A stretch of DNA of 64,000 nucleotides from Trueperaceae bacterium (lineage in GTDB: Bacteria > Deinococcota > Deinococci > Deinococcales > Trueperaceae). The position numbers were made by a program, and so were the translations under genes. Shown piece after piece: positions 40,499-50,221 of the stretch. The DNA is taken from positions 992,001 to 1,056,000 of the forward strand of contig OZ243927.1 of NCBI GenBank assembly GCA_965213925.1. The letters are read 5' to 3'. The notes beneath the pieces are model-generated. The model ran no database searches and was not told the origin of the DNA. It worked only from the letters and a program-made list of their open reading frames with translations. How positions within the stretch are numbered: position 1 is the stretch's first letter; each line of letters begins with the position of its first letter.

Positions 40499-41647
40499 CT
40501 AAAGTGCTGTCCACCTCTCTTGACCTTTAGCACTCTGGACGGTCTTCTCGATGAAGCGCACGCCTCTCGCGCCTTCGTACACGGTGGGAAAGTCCCGCTC
40601 AAACTCGTTCGGCTCGCGACCTTCTTTCTTGGCGCGCATCGTTGCCGCCGCGTTTCGGTAGACGTTGGCGAAGGCTTCGATAAACGCTTCGGGATGACCC
40701 GGCGGGATGCGGCTTGCGCGCTGCGCCGCCTCGCACAGATAAGGGTTGCCCGGTTTGAGAATTTGCACGGGTCCCTCCAAGGGCTTAAAGGTCAAAACGT
40801 TGGGCTCCTCCTGATACCAACTGAGCCCGCCCTTGTCACCGTACACGCGGATGCGGAGTCCGTTCTCCTCACCCGTCGAAATCTGTGAGCAGATGAGCAC
40901 CCCTTTCGCGCCGCCCGCGAAACGCAACAAGAGGTTGGCGTCGTCGTCCAGCTTGCGCCCCTGCACGAAGGTCGTGAGGTCGGCGCAGATATGTTCGATC
41001 TCTAAGCCTGTGATCGTCGCGGCTAAGTTCTCCGCGTGCGAGCCGATGTCGCCGACTGCGCCCGCGACGCCCGAACGCTCCGGGTCGGTGCGCCACTCGG
41101 CTTGCTTCGCGCCCTCGTCCTCCAACTTGGTCGCTAACCAGCCCTGGTTGTACTCCACGATGACCTTGCGCAGTTCCCCGAGCTGTCCCTCTCTCACCAT
41201 GTGCCGCGCCTGCTTGACCATCGGGTAGCCCGTGTAGTTGTAGGTCACGGCAAAGATCACCCCTGTTTTCTCCACCACCTCGGTGAGCTGATCCGCCTGC
41301 TCGGAGGTGTGCACCAGCGGCTTGTCGGACACGACGTTAAAGCCCGCTTCGGCAAAGGCGTGCGCCACCGGGAAGTGCATGTGGTTGGGCGTCACCACCG
41401 AGACGAAGTCGATGCGTTCACCTTCGGGCAAGGAAGCTTCGCGCTCCAACATCTCTTCCCAGGTGCCGTAGTTACGTTCGTCGGCTAAGCCTAACTCGCG
41501 CCCGGATTCCTTTGCCTTCTCCGGCGTCGAGGAGAGTGCGCCTGCTACGAAGTCGATCTGTCCATCTAACGCAGCCGCGTGGCGGTGCACCGCGCCGATA
41601 AAGGCGTCTTTGCCGCCGCCCACCATGCCCATTTTGAGTTTTTCCAT
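40499..41647 (-). CDS. Gfo/Idh/MocA oxidoreductase
   Basis: GMVGGG..AFIG, TPNHMH, DKP and GDIGSH motifs. Confidence 0.92.
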   Translation of the reverse strand: MEKLKMGMVGGGKDAFIGAVHRHAAALDGQIDFVAGALSSTPEKAKESGRELGLADERNYGTWEEMLEREASLPEGERIDFVSVVTPNHMHFPVAHAFAEAGFNVVSDKPLVHTSEQADQLTEVVEKTGVIFAVTYNYTGYPMVKQARHMVREGQLGELRKVIVEYNQGWLATKLEDEGAKQAEWRTDPERSGVAGAVGDIGSHAENLAATITGLEIEHICADLTTFVQGRKLDDDANLLLRFAGGAKGVLICSQISTGEENGLRIRVYGDKGGLSWYQEEPNVLTFKPLEGPVQILKPGNPYLCEAAQRASRIPPGHPEAFIEAFANVYRNAAATMRAKKEGREPNEFERDFPTVYEGARGVRFIEKTVQSAKGQERWTAL

Positions 41648-41676
41648 GTTCGGCCTCCTCGGTCGATAACTGAGTT

Positions 41677-42237
41677 CTAGGAACTCGAAAAGCTGACCTT
41701 GCTGTAGAGCACTTCAAAAGTCAGCTCGCTCTTCAAGCAAGGAACGGGGACGACCTGCCCCGCCTCGAAAACCCGCTCTCGCCAGCCCGACTCTGCGCGG
41801 TAAAGACCCCTGACTGCCCTTTTGCGGCTGTCTACTAACAGATAAAGCTGTAGGCTCTCGACCTCCTGATACGCTAAACGTTTCTCAAAGCGGTCCCTTC
41901 GCGCCGTCGATTGGCTCAAGACCTCGACGACCACGCAGGTTGCGGTCTCGAAGTAGGTATCGGCTAGCGGTTCGCACACCACCATCACGTCGGGGTAATA
42001 AAAAATCTCGTCAGCGACGCGCATTTTCATGTCGCTACTGTAGATGCGGCAGCGGCCCTCGGCAGCGGCGTTGCCTAAAGCTCGCACGATGTTGGTGGTG
42101 ATGAGGTTGTGAAATGCGGTCGCCCCCGCCAGCGCGTAGATTTCACCGTAGAGGTATTCATGCCGCACATCGCTGTCCCTCTCGCCGCTAAGATAGTCGG
42201 CTACTGTAAGGGTGTCGGCGGGGTTCGTCTCGTACAT
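41677..42237 (-). CDS. Uma2-family endonuclease-like protein
   Basis: [27 protein letters not shown] and YLLVD motifs. Confidence 0.88.
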   Translation of the reverse strand: MYETNPADTLTVADYLSGERDSDVRHEYLYGEIYALAGATAFHNLITTNIVRALGNAAAEGRCRIYSSDMKMRVADEIFYYPDVMVVCEPLADTYFETATCVVVEVLSQSTARRDRFEKRLAYQEVESLQLYLLVDSRKRAVRGLYRAESGWRERVFEAGQVVPVPCLKSELTFEVLYSKVSFSSS

Positions 42238-42290
42238 AGCGCTCTAAGTTTACCCTCTAAGCCAAGCGACAATAGCGCCGACACTGTCGT

Positions 42291-42440
42291 TCAGGGAACC
42301 CAAGGTGTCAACTTACTCACTATAGGATAGAAGTCGTCTTTGTCCACCACAGGGTAGCTCAGGTGCCTTCCTAAAGCGCGGCTCAGCGTGCTTTTGCCCG
42401 TGCCCGTGAGCCCTTTGAAGACGATGAGGTCAGCCTTGCC
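42291..42440 (-). pseudogene. N-terminal remnant of a P-loop (AAA_33-type) kinase
   Basis: LIVFKGLTGTGKSTLSRAL...VDKDD, then abrupt truncation. Confidence 0.65.
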
Positions 42441-42456
42441 AGCGATTGCGCCACGC

Positions 42457-43458
42457 TCACTTCTTCTCGAACGCCGCGTCAAACGCTGCACCCGAAGGTG
42501 CGAAGTCCAAGTCTTTGGTAAACGCCGCCGACTCGGTCGCGCCGTGCACGCGGTCCATGCGCCCGTCCTCCCATTCGATGGAGAGAGGTCCGCCGTAGCC
42601 GATGTCGTTGAGCGCCACGATGATGCTCTCGAAGTCGATGTCGCCCCGCCCGACGCTGCGAAAGTCCCAGTAGCGCCTTCTGTCCCCGAAGCTCGTGTGA
42701 CCGCCGAAGACGCCCACCGTGCCGTCGCCGCGCCCCCACCAGGCGTCTTTCATGTGAACGTGAAAGATGCGCTCCGCGAAGGTGTACAAGAACTGGACGT
42801 AGTCCACGCCCTGATAGCCCAAGTGCGAAGGGTCGTAGTTGAAGCCGAAGCGCGGGTGGTGTCCGACCGCCTCTAACGCCCGCTCCGCCGAGGCGATGTC
42901 GAAGGCGATCTCGGTGGGGTGGACCTCGAGCCCGAAATTCACCCCGACCTCGTCAAAAACATCTAAGATAGGACTGAAGCGCTCAGCGAAATCTACAAAA
43001 CCTTTCTCCCAGTACGCCTGACTCGTCGGCGGAAAGGCGTATAAGCTGTGCCAGATAGAGGACCCTGTAAAGCCCGTCACGACTTTTGCGCCTAGCTTAG
43101 CGGCTGCCCGCGCCGTATCCTTCATCTCCTGCGCCGCCCGCTGCCGCACCCCTTCCGGGTCACCGTCGCCCCAGACGTGCTCGGGCAAGGTCGCTTGATG
43201 GCGCTCGTCAATGGGGTCGCAAACCGCCTGCCCGACCAGGTGATTGCCGACGGCGTAGCACGTTAAGCCGTGCTCTTCTAAAATATCCAAGCGACTCTGT
43301 ACGTAATCCTCTTCGTTGACAGCCCTATTCACCTCGAAGTGGTCGCCCCAGCAAGCGAGTTCCAAGCCGTCATAGCCCATCTCTGCAGCTAAGGGGGCGA
43401 GTTCAGATAGGGACAGGTCCGCCCACTGTCCGGTGAATAGGGTGACGGGTCGTGGCAT
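42457..43458 (-). CDS. sugar phosphate isomerase/epimerase (IolE/TIM-barrel family)
   Basis: [25 protein letters not shown] and SIEWED motifs. Confidence 0.9.
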   Translation of the reverse strand: MPRPVTLFTGQWADLSLSELAPLAAEMGYDGLELACWGDHFEVNRAVNEEDYVQSRLDILEEHGLTCYAVGNHLVGQAVCDPIDERHQATLPEHVWGDGDPEGVRQRAAQEMKDTARAAAKLGAKVVTGFTGSSIWHSLYAFPPTSQAYWEKGFVDFAERFSPILDVFDEVGVNFGLEVHPTEIAFDIASAERALEAVGHHPRFGFNYDPSHLGYQGVDYVQFLYTFAERIFHVHMKDAWWGRGDGTVGVFGGHTSFGDRRRYWDFRSVGRGDIDFESIIVALNDIGYGGPLSIEWEDGRMDRVHGATESAAFTKDLDFAPSGAAFDAAFEKK

Positions 43459-43500
43459 AGGTGCCTCCTAAGGGAACGCTTGGGGGGGTGTGCTCTGGTT

Positions 43501-43546
43501 AGTTTACGTAACGTAAACTCTACGGTTTGGAGCGGGGCGGCGTCAA
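43501..43546 (-). promoter_or_regulatory. promoter with overlapping palindromic operator
   Basis: TTGACG-18 nt-TAGAGT (minus strand); AGTTTACGT-A-ACGTAAACT palindrome at 43501-43519 over the -10/+1 region. Confidence 0.55.
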
Positions 43547-43780
43547 GTGATACGAGGTTGCACGACATAGTTTGCAAAACTATGTCGTGCCCATCTGTGA
43601 TGGTAAGCTCTAACGCCCTCAGCAAGGATAAGTAAACCGTGCAATTCCGTATGAGCCGCGAAGAGGTTGCTGAGCCTCTCTTATTCTGTCTCGAGGTACA
43701 GATCGAGCTACAAGTCTCGGCGAAATGTAAAGGTCACGCCGCGCGCACTACTTCTCAAGGGCGCATGTAACACTACTTTT

Positions 43781-44761
43781 ATGAACGTCCACCTCGTCGC
43801 GGTACAAGCGGCCATGCAGCTCAGCGACTACGAAAGCGCAGCGACTTTTGAGTCTAAAGTGTTGGCGCTGACCCGCCGCGCCGTGTCAGGTTTGGACGAC
43901 GCGCCTAAACTCGTTGCGTTTCCCGAGACGATAGGGTTTCCTCTTCTCACCTTGGGTGATTACGACGCCGTATCTCGGATGAGCCGCGTCTCTGAGGTGA
44001 TGCGCTACCTCTTAGGGCGCTACTGGCGCGAGGTGCTCCGCGCTGCGTGGCGCTGGCGTGTGGTCGGGCTGGGGGCGCTGCACCTCTCGAGGGCACTACC
44101 CGCTTATCTTGCTTATAAGAATGCGTTCAGTAAAGCGGCGCAATCTTACGGCGTGACGGTCGTGGCGGGCTCGCTCTTCTTACCCCACATCGAAGAGGAG
44201 GCGACGAGAGGGGTGCACATTACGGATAGGCGCGTGTACAATGTCGCATATAGCTTTTCTCCTACAGGCTGCATTATCAACCGCTCGAGCAAGCGCCACC
44301 TAACGCCTGGTGCGGAATCTCGAGCGGGTCTTTCGCGCGCTAGAGAATGCCCTCAACCCTTCGAGACACCCGCCGGGCGCGTCGCCGTCGCCGTCTGCTT
44401 AGACGGATTTTACAGCTCGCCTATCGAACATTTCGACGGTCTCGGCGCGCAAATCGTGGTGCAGCCTAGCGCGAACCACGCTCCCTGGGATAGAAGATGG
44501 CCCGCTGACCCCTCACTGTCTGAAGGCGAAGCGTGGCTGCAAAGGGGGCTGCGGGCGCAGCTCCAAGGGCGGCTCCACCTGCGCTACGGCGTCAACCCGA
44601 TGATGGTAGGGGATATGTGGGATTTGCGCCCGAGAGGACGCTCGAGCCTCCTCGTCAATACACGTTTTAGGGACGCCGAGACGGAAGGGTACCGGGGCGT
44701 CTTGGCGCTCGCCGAGACCGACGATCAAGAGGAGGTCGTGCGCGCCGAAGTGACATTTTAG
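43781..44761 (+). CDS. carbon-nitrogen hydrolase (nitrilase superfamily)
   Basis: LVAFPE, K.HL and AVCLD catalytic triad motifs. Confidence 0.85.
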   Translation: MNVHLVAVQAAMQLSDYESAATFESKVLALTRRAVSGLDDAPKLVAFPETIGFPLLTLGDYDAVSRMSRVSEVMRYLLGRYWREVLRAAWRWRVVGLGALHLSRALPAYLAYKNAFSKAAQSYGVTVVAGSLFLPHIEEEATRGVHITDRRVYNVAYSFSPTGCIINRSSKRHLTPGAESRAGLSRARECPQPFETPAGRVAVAVCLDGFYSSPIEHFDGLGAQIVVQPSANHAPWDRRWPADPSLSEGEAWLQRGLRAQLQGRLHLRYGVNPMMVGDMWDLRPRGRSSLLVNTRFRDAETEGYRGVLALAETDDQEEVVRAEVTF

Positions 44762-44869
44762 TGGCGCTTCCCCGGCGTTAGGAACTCGCTCGAGGCTCCC
44801 TCACGTAAGGAATCCTACATCTCGCCGCAAACCGTTTCGAAAGGTGCTGGGAGGCGTTAGAGTAGAAAG

Positions 44870-45685
44870 GTGACTGGAACGTTAGGACTCTTCTCTCTGG
44901 TTGACCTCTTTCAACTTTTAACGGCCTCCTCGAGGACAGGTCGTCTCTTGGTCGAACACCCTGAAGGTACCGCTCGCGTCTACTTCGATAGGGGCAAGGT
45001 CGTGCACGCCGAATTCGGCGAGGCGAAGGGCGTCGAGGCGGTCTACCACCTCTTCGGCGACGAGCGCGGCTCCTTCGAGTTCGGGCTAGGATTGCCCGCG
45101 CCCGACACGACGATTCAAACGAGCACCGACAATCTGCTGTTAGAGGCGATCCGCCGCGTGGACGAATACCGCCGCGACAACCCCGAGCCGAGCCCGCCAC
45201 CCTACACACCCGACGCGGTGCCCGCGCCTGCCAAGGAGGAGGCGAGCAAACTCACGCTCGCGGACCAAGAGGCGGAGGTGTTGCGCTTAGCCAACGGCGG
45301 GCGCAACCTGAGCGAGATCGCGCAGAGTGCCGGGTTGGAATTAGGCGAAGTCCGCGAGATCGTCTCGCGGCTTTCGCAGGTAGGGGCGCTCGAGCTGAAG
45401 AACAGAAAACCCCGCGTCGCTCGGCTCGTCGCCCAGCTCGGCAAGCGTCTGCCGAGAGGCACAGTCGGCGTCGACGAGCAGATTTTGGCGAACTGGGCGC
45501 GGATGCTCGGTGAGCCGACCGCGCGCGTCGCCTGCCGCCGCCCCGACGGTAAGGTAGACGTTTACGCGGTGCAGTCGGTGACGGGTGCGGGTCCCTATCT
45601 GCTCCTGTCTAAAGAGACGCTCTTCGCGGCGAACCTCGCGGTCAACACGGCGCTGCTCGTTAAACCTGCCAACGGGCTGAATTAG
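44870..45685 (+). CDS. DUF4388 domain protein
   Basis: G.L..FSL.DL.QLL..S.RTG.L, YF..G.VVHA and G.FEF motifs. Confidence 0.85.
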   Translation: MTGTLGLFSLVDLFQLLTASSRTGRLLVEHPEGTARVYFDRGKVVHAEFGEAKGVEAVYHLFGDERGSFEFGLGLPAPDTTIQTSTDNLLLEAIRRVDEYRRDNPEPSPPPYTPDAVPAPAKEEASKLTLADQEAEVLRLANGGRNLSEIAQSAGLELGEVREIVSRLSQVGALELKNRKPRVARLVAQLGKRLPRGTVGVDEQILANWARMLGEPTARVACRRPDGKVDVYAVQSVTGAGPYLLLSKETLFAANLAVNTALLVKPANGLN

Positions 45686-45778
45686 CGTACATAGCAAGTA
45701 ATACCGAAACTCACGCAAGCCCTAACCCTAAGCGTGACGCAAACCTAATGAGGATGAAAAACTCGGTAAACTAGAGGC

Positions 45779-46837
45779 GTGCAAGGCGACACTCACGTTT
45801 CTACCTCAGATATTCCCCGAGCTTCCCTGCTGAGAACGCCGCGCGGGGGTCCGCTGGTACAGTGGCGGCGCTATCCCTTCCCGCTCGAGTGGTCGCGGCA
45901 CTTTGGTAAGTCTGGAGCGCCGCTGCACCTCGAGGTGGGCTTCGGCGACGGACGCTACACCGTGCGCCGCGCACTAAGTGCACCAGGGGAAGCGTTCGTC
46001 GGTCTGGAGATTTCCGGCGCGAGTTTGCTGCGGGGGCTCAAAAATATCGAACGCCACCGCGTCACCAACGTGCGCCTCCTCAAAGCGAACGCGAACTTCG
46101 CCGTGCAGCACCTTTTCGCGCCCCGCTCGCTCGCGTCAATCACCGTCAACTTCCCCGACCCCTGGCCCAAGGAGAAGCACGAAGAGAACCGCCTCTTGCG
46201 CGTCCCCTTCTTCCAATTAGCGGCGAGCCGCCTCGTTCCCGGCGGCGAAATTTGCCTCGCGACGGACCACCCGGCTTACCTAGCCTTTGCTCAGAGCGAG
46301 GCGCAGCGAACCGGACTGTTTGACCTTAGAGACGCGGAGCCGCCGCAGGCTGTGTTCGAAACCAAGTACGCGCTCAAGTGGAAGGCGCAGGGCAAGCCTC
46401 TTTACTATCAAATTTTTAGCTGTTACGGCGCTGAAGTAAAACCCGACTATCCCATCCTAGAGAGAGTTGACACCATGCCTCACGCGATTTTGACGGGTGC
46501 GCTGCCGGAGCACGCCCCCTTCGATAAACAGGTCATCCCTTACGCTTCGGGTCACGTGATCTTGCATGAGGTCGCCCGCTCGCTCGGCAACGCGCCGAGC
46601 AACACGTCCGGAGACGCGGGCGAAAGGTGGCTCGTGCGCACGACGACCGAGGAGAAAGACTTACGTCAGCAAGTGCTCGTGACGGTGCGTTCGCGCGGCG
46701 AGGGCGAACTGATCGTGGGCTTAGAGCCCTTCGGCGATCCCGTCGTAACTCAAGTCGTACGCGGCGCGGTCCACGCCGTGACCGAATGGCTGCTCACGCT
46801 GCCCGCCGACCTCCGCGTGAAGTCCCGAGCTTACTGA
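45779..46837 (+). CDS. trmB: tRNA (guanine-N7)-methyltransferase with C-terminal extension
   Basis: LEVGFGDG, NFPDPWPK, ATD and TKY..K motifs. Confidence 0.92.
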   Translation: MQGDTHVSTSDIPRASLLRTPRGGPLVQWRRYPFPLEWSRHFGKSGAPLHLEVGFGDGRYTVRRALSAPGEAFVGLEISGASLLRGLKNIERHRVTNVRLLKANANFAVQHLFAPRSLASITVNFPDPWPKEKHEENRLLRVPFFQLAASRLVPGGEICLATDHPAYLAFAQSEAQRTGLFDLRDAEPPQAVFETKYALKWKAQGKPLYYQIFSCYGAEVKPDYPILERVDTMPHAILTGALPEHAPFDKQVIPYASGHVILHEVARSLGNAPSNTSGDAGERWLVRTTTEEKDLRQQVLVTVRSRGEGELIVGLEPFGDPVVTQVVRGAVHAVTEWLLTLPADLRVKSRAY

Positions 46838-46853
46838 TGTCCTTAGCGCTCCT

Positions 46854-47405
46854 ATGAAATACGAACCGACCCCGGAAGTGAGGCGCAAGGCTGAGGCTGC
46901 TGGCATCGATTTAGACGCCCTCGAGCAGAGCGACCCGACCACCTACGCCATGCTGAACGCGCAGCGCGCCGTGCAGGTCTCGCCGCAGCTCAAAGAGGTT
47001 GCGGGAGAGGCGCTTTTCAGCACGTTTCCCGAGCGTCAGATTTTTGACATGCCGCAAAGTCCACCGGGAGATACCCGGCTCAACCTGCTCGTCTTTCCGC
47101 CCCTGAATGACGCTGAATGGGTACGTTTAGACGAAACGCTCGCCTCTCTAGCGACCCGCCTTCCCCTCGAGCACGCTTTCTACCGCGTCGTCAGCGACGC
47201 GGTAGGCGAACGCCGCGAGCTAGCCCTGCCCATTGCGCCGGGCAACTGGCGTGGGCAGGGCGGGGTCATGGTCGGCCCGTTTGCGAGCGACGCGGCCGCT
47301 AAAACCTGGGGTGACGCACATGTAGACGCCTCGAGCGGTCTAGTCAGCGATACCCTGCCCTACAGCGGCGCGTGGTTTTGTGACCTTTTCCGGGGCGACA
47401 CGTAA
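46854..47405 (+). CDS. hypothetical protein
   Basis: 183-aa ORF directly downstream of trmB with typical codon usage. Confidence 0.65.
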   Translation: MKYEPTPEVRRKAEAAGIDLDALEQSDPTTYAMLNAQRAVQVSPQLKEVAGEALFSTFPERQIFDMPQSPPGDTRLNLLVFPPLNDAEWVRLDETLASLATRLPLEHAFYRVVSDAVGERRELALPIAPGNWRGQGGVMVGPFASDAAAKTWGDAHVDASSGLVSDTLPYSGAWFCDLFRGDT

Positions 47406-47409
47406 CGGC

Positions 47410-47718
47410 TTAACTTAAAGAGGTCGCGACTTCGGCGTTCCCCAACCGCAAGTGTGTCCCGTCCTCTAGGGTGAGGTCGCCCTCCGCCGTGATGCCGCCA
47501 ATCACGATGGTGCCAGGTCGCACCTCTCCGCCCGTAAGCGTCGCGACTTTGTACGCGATAAAGTTGTCCCGGTAGATGAGCAGTTCGGTGCCGTCTTCGC
47601 AGTTCAAGCAGGTGGCTAGCTCGAGGCTTTCTTGTCCGACACTCTCCTGCCTGAGACTCTGTTTCTGTTCGGGTGAGGTGATGACGACGTAGCGTTTGTT
47701 GAGTTTATGATTGAGCAT
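47410..47718 (-). CDS. hypothetical protein
   Basis: 102-aa ORF with AAGGGGG RBS, divergent from the HD-GYP gene. Confidence 0.55.
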   Translation of the reverse strand: MLNHKLNKRYVVITSPEQKQSLRQESVGQESLELATCLNCEDGTELLIYRDNFIAYKVATLTGGEVRPGTIVIGGITAEGDLTLEDGTHLRLGNAEVATSLS

Positions 47719-48171
47719 ATAAACCCCCTTCAGGTTTTCGCAGTTTTATTCGGCATTTTATTAGCCGACAACGTTCCATTCGGCGTAACGCCGAGCATCT
47801 CCGTATCCCGGTATCGCTGCCCAACGCTGATGTGATGGAAGGTCTAGCTGGTTGCCGTAAGCGCTGCCCACGCTCTATGTCTAGAAGTTCACAGTACTCC
47901 AAAAAGAGCGCTGAGCGGGGTCATATGTCACGGTGTTTATACACAGCCTTATGAGAGGCTTGGGTAGGGGTGCAGTATTCTCTACTTTTACCGAACGAAG
48001 GGGAAGCTCCGCCCGACTTTTCCAGCAACTACCCACACGAACCCAAGCGTAAAGAGTTAAGTTGGTCACATTGAGCGCATTTGCGACTCAGGTCGCCCTT
48101 CACCCGTGCAATACTAGGGGGTGTTTCGCGCCAAGCTGCGGCTAACGACTTAGGTGAGGGGGTGAAGAGAA

Positions 48172-49095
48172 ATGAACGACGTGGACGAAGCTGCCTTACC
48201 GCAGGGGCTATCCCTCCGCAAGAAAGGGGAGAGCCTCGAGACGGTCTCCTCGAAAGCGATTGAGTTACAGCTTTTAGTGGCGAGTCAAGGCGTAGAGATT
48301 CTTGAAGGGCAACTTCATAAAGGTGAGCGTATAACCCTCATTCCCTCAGGTAAAGCGGTAGAAACGTACTATATTTTAGAAGGACAGTTACGTGGCGACG
48401 CAGCTTCCGGGTCTACGGTTGTCGGTGCGGGAGATTATCTCGTGACAGAGTCGCTAGAGACGTCCTATACCCTGCTCGCGCAAACCGACGTTCGCTTTCT
48501 CTATTTCACCTCAAAGCCCACCTTTCACGAAATAAGCGAAGAGCTTGGCGATCTGATGCAGCTCGCCGTCGAAGTCGAAGTTAAAGACGGCTACACGAGT
48601 GAGCATTGCAGGCGCTTACAGGTACTCTCTTACGCTGCGGGTCAAGAACTTGGTTTAGGGCAAGACAGACTCTATCTCTTGGATTACGGCGCGTATCTGC
48701 ACGACGTGGGCAAGGTCAAAGTGCCCGTCAATATTTTGCGTAAACCTTCCACCTTGACGCAAGCGGAGTGGACGCTCATGAAAAAGCATCCTACGTTCGG
48801 GCGCGAACTCCTCGAGAAAACCTACTTGAAAAGAGCCGGTATCATCGTCGAGCAACATCATGAGCGCTTAGACGGAAGCGGCTATCCCCACGCACTCTCT
48901 GGGGAGGACGTTCTGGTCGAGTCTTATATCGTCGCCGTCGCGGACGCCTACGACGCGATGACGACAGACCGCCCCTACCGCCGCGCTGCGCCGCCAGAGC
49001 ATGCGTTTGCCGAGCTTAGGAGATACGCCGGGATATACTATCCAAAAGAGGTCGTGGACGCCTTTATTTCGGTCGTGATGAGAAAAGCGCTTTAG
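48172..49095 (+). CDS. cupin-like N-terminal domain plus HD-GYP phosphodiesterase
   Basis: ETYYILEG...GDY cupin-like pattern; YT.EH, LHDVGK, HHERLDGSGYP and AVADAYDAMTTDRPYR. Confidence 0.88.
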   Translation: MNDVDEAALPQGLSLRKKGESLETVSSKAIELQLLVASQGVEILEGQLHKGERITLIPSGKAVETYYILEGQLRGDAASGSTVVGAGDYLVTESLETSYTLLAQTDVRFLYFTSKPTFHEISEELGDLMQLAVEVEVKDGYTSEHCRRLQVLSYAAGQELGLGQDRLYLLDYGAYLHDVGKVKVPVNILRKPSTLTQAEWTLMKKHPTFGRELLEKTYLKRAGIIVEQHHERLDGSGYPHALSGEDVLVESYIVAVADAYDAMTTDRPYRRAAPPEHAFAELRRYAGIYYPKEVVDAFISVVMRKAL

Positions 49096-49782
49096 TAGCG
49101 TTACCTAAAAATTTACGTGCCCGGCTGAAAATAGGTGAGCGAATGTTATCGCATCCGCAGTTTCGCACATTTTGCTGGCTAAGCGCTCGAGAAGGCACAA
49201 AGCGCAACGTTAATATTATTCCTAGTTCGCTCTATATTCGGCTTACCGACTTGAGACGTGGCAAATCACTACGCCAGAGCCAAAATGTAATTAGTATCAC
49301 AGCGTATGCGCGTACTTGTTTCAACTATTGAAATGATTTCCACAAACAGCATCAACCTATCTTCAAAAATAAAAAGATGAGAGCCGTTCGCGCGTTGAAA
49401 AACCCTTAATGTTCGTTCAGAACGAATAAGAAGAATTTCACGCACTATTAAAAAAGCTTCTATGAGTTTCTAGTGTGCCTGATATCACTTGTTCTCATGG
49501 TTGTGAGAATTTCACCTCTAAGTATTTCAATACCCATGATACGTTGTCTTTCGAGGTTGATAAGCCTCATCGGAAGCGACGACTTCTGCCCCGCAAGGAG
49601 CCTTTAGCTATCATGCCGTTATCAAACGCGCTGGCTCGATGACCAGATGCTACCTGCTGCTAAAGGCTCTTCTGGGCGCTTGGGACAGAAGAAGCTAGTA
49701 GCGCAACCGGCCGGGAAACTCTTCCGGACAACTTGAAAAGCTTCGGAAAACCGGAGCACGCCATATCAGGGAGGATATGAAA

Positions 49783-49914
49783 ATGAAAAAGTCACTTATT
49801 AAAGCGTTGGTTCTTACTCTTACTCTTACTGCGTTTGGTACGGTCTCGACGGCGAGCGCCGCCAAAGGCTCGGACAAGGCTCCGTCAGTTCAGAAGTTTA
49901 GAGTCAACCGCTAA
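49783..49914 (+). CDS. 43-aa secreted pre-peptide 1 (MKKSLIKALVLTLTLTAFGTVSTASA-AKGSDKAPSVQKFRVNR)
   Basis: Manual translation; GGGAGG RBS; Sec signal with A-S-A site; followed by a terminator; alternative ATG at 49777. Confidence 0.85.
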   Translation: MKKSLIKALVLTLTLTAFGTVSTASAAKGSDKAPSVQKFRVNR

Positions 49915-49933
49915 AGGTTAAAAGTTCACCAAT

Positions 49934-49969
49934 AAGCTCCTCTACAAAGATGTAGAGGAGCTTTCTTTT
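49934..49969 (+). terminator. terminator of pre-peptide 1
   Basis: AAGCTCCTCTACA-AAGA-TGTAGAGGAGCTT followed by TCTTTT. Confidence 0.85.
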
Positions 49970-50003
49970 GCCTATTTTTCGCTGTGAAGTTTTCCACATT
50001 GTA

Positions 50004-50033
50004 GTTGACGCTTCAAAGGTGAGCAGGTTAAAC
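50004..50033 (+). promoter_or_regulatory. putative promoter of pre-peptide 2
   Basis: TTGACG-18 nt-TAAACT. Confidence 0.5.
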
Positions 50034-50076
50034 TCGCTTGTCTGCAGACGAAATTTAGGGATAAAAGAGGGTGAAC

Positions 50077-50202
50077 ATGAAGAAACTCACAAGCCTAACG
50101 CTCGTTTTGGTACTAGCTATCTGTGGTTTATCTGTAGCGTCTGCTGGCTCCTCCACTTCGGATGGTGAACCGTCGGTTCAGAAGTACAGAGTCAACCGCT
50201 AA
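50077..50202 (+). CDS. 41-aa secreted pre-peptide 2 (MKKLTSLTLVLVLAICGLSVASA-GSSTSDGEPSVQKYRVNR)
   Basis: Manual translation; AGAGGG RBS; Sec signal with A-S-A site; C-terminus shared with peptide 1. Confidence 0.85.
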   Translation: MKKLTSLTLVLVLAICGLSVASAGSSTSDGEPSVQKYRVNR

Positions 50203-50221
50203 ATCATAAGAGATACGTCTG

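Noticed and set aside
47720..49775. c-di-GMP or c-di-AMP riboswitch near the HD-GYP gene
   Set aside because: I could not find the consensus elements by eye; an Rfam scan is needed
49882..50203. 34-bp direct repeat as a possible mini-CRISPR or att site
   Set aside because: Only two copies 288 bp apart, both in frame at the ends of peptide ORFs, with synonymous or conservative differences; no cas genes
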